A DNA stretch of 32,000 bases from an uncultured delta proteobacterium (lineage in GTDB: Bacteria > Myxococcota_A > Polyangia > Polyangiales > Polyangiaceae). Below are positions 31,883 through 32,000 of this stretch, piece after piece (position 1 is the stretch's first letter; the number at the start of each line of letters is the position of its first letter). The DNA is taken from contig CAWAIF010000003.1 of NCBI GenBank assembly GCA_963782055.1, forward strand, positions 2,809,474 to 2,841,473. The letters run 5' to 3'. Under the pieces are notes generated by a model, which was not told the origin of the DNA, did no database searches, and was given only the letters and a program-made list of their open reading frames with translations. A program made the translations under genes and the position numbers.

Positions 31883-32000
31883 TTACGTCGGCCCGCCCGG
31901 CTCCACCACTTTCCCGGCGCGCCGGGCCGCCATCGTAAATCGTTTCAATATAGTACTAGGGTCGTCCTCACGCATGAGCGTCTCGCCGATCAGCGCCGCG
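31883..32000 (-). CDS. Possible 3' end of an indole-3-glycerol-phosphate synthase (TrpC-like) gene running in from beyond the window
   Basis: The minus-strand frame is open from the window edge: ..AALIGETLMREDDPSTILKRFTMAARRAGKVVEPGGPT*, with TAA at 31883-31885, 9 nt before the xerD start. LIGE(S/T)LMR..DP is the conserved C-terminal motif of TrpC. Only 39 codons are visible. A plus-strand ATG at 31974 shares the wobble phase, so GC3 cannot discriminate between the two readings. Confidence 0.35.
   Translation of the reverse strand, partial: AALIGETLMREDDPSTILKRFTMAARRAGKVVEPGGPT

Noticed and set aside
31934-31960. AT-rich patch next to xerD considered as a dif recombination site.
   Set aside because: The match to the dif consensus is poor (no CATAA-N6-TTATG core and no TTATGTTAAAT XerD arm). 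dif is not expected next to xerD.
31974-32000. Plus-strand ATG at 31974 (MSVSPISAA..) as the start of a new gene.
   Set aside because: This is not fully excluded. It has no SD, and the antisense frame carries a TrpC-like LIGETLMR..DP motif, so I favour the minus-strand reading. Sequence beyond the window is needed to decide.
1-32000. Scan for tRNA, rRNA, tmRNA, CRISPR arrays, IS elements or transposases, integrases other than XerD, phage genes, toxin-antitoxin pairs and known defence-system genes.
   Set aside because: None were recognised by eye. The repeats found are all short and in-frame within coding regions. XerD has full chromosomal-type signatures and no flanking mobile-element features within the window.

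Overview
Very GC-rich bacterial chromosomal segment (by eye about 70% or more, not computed) with a strong G/C third-position bias. Pro/Ala/Gln-rich linkers, VWA and DUF4397-type lipoproteins, a thrombospondin-type-3 Asp repeat and many 4-nt start/stop overlaps suggest a Myxococcota-like organism; this is inference only. I call about 31 protein genes and one RNA gene.

The content is mostly core or housekeeping:
- LptD-like outer-membrane protein
- divergent bacterioferritin (bfr) and Bfd ferredoxin with a Fur-box-like site
- lysine 5,6-aminomutase KamD/KamE
- ABC-2 permease, DAGK-type lipid kinase, YgfZ, Maf, and a GT39/ArnT-like glycosyltransferase
- type-A RNase P RNA
- MarR, ErpA, a YycJ-like MBL hydrolase and YggX
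- a 1245-aa Fe-S flavoprotein
- VWA lipoprotein, DUF72, and a short GGT-like protein
- ribosomal protein L28, N-formylglutamate amidohydrolase, XerD, and a possible TrpC 3' end

I saw no rRNA, tRNA, CRISPR, transposase, phage or recognisable defence genes. Most other ORFs in the supplied track are Arg/Gly/Pro/Ala-rich shadow frames typical of high-GC DNA.

I do not see a clear-cut self-contained novel system. The best candidates for something undescribed are:
1. A zinc-ribbon / six-fold RTMLG-motif / single-pass membrane protein, translationally coupled to a beta-propeller-like protein and divergent from a DUF4397-like lipoprotein.
2. A yggX-coupled giant fusion of GltD/NfnB-like and PyrK/NfnA-like modules with an unknown ~300-aa N-domain.
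3. Several coupled pairs of unknown function: OMP + PPC/DUF296-like, DUF72 + mini-GGT, and lipid kinase/SRPBCC/ABC-2.

All family assignments come from recognising motifs by eye and from memory. No searches were run.
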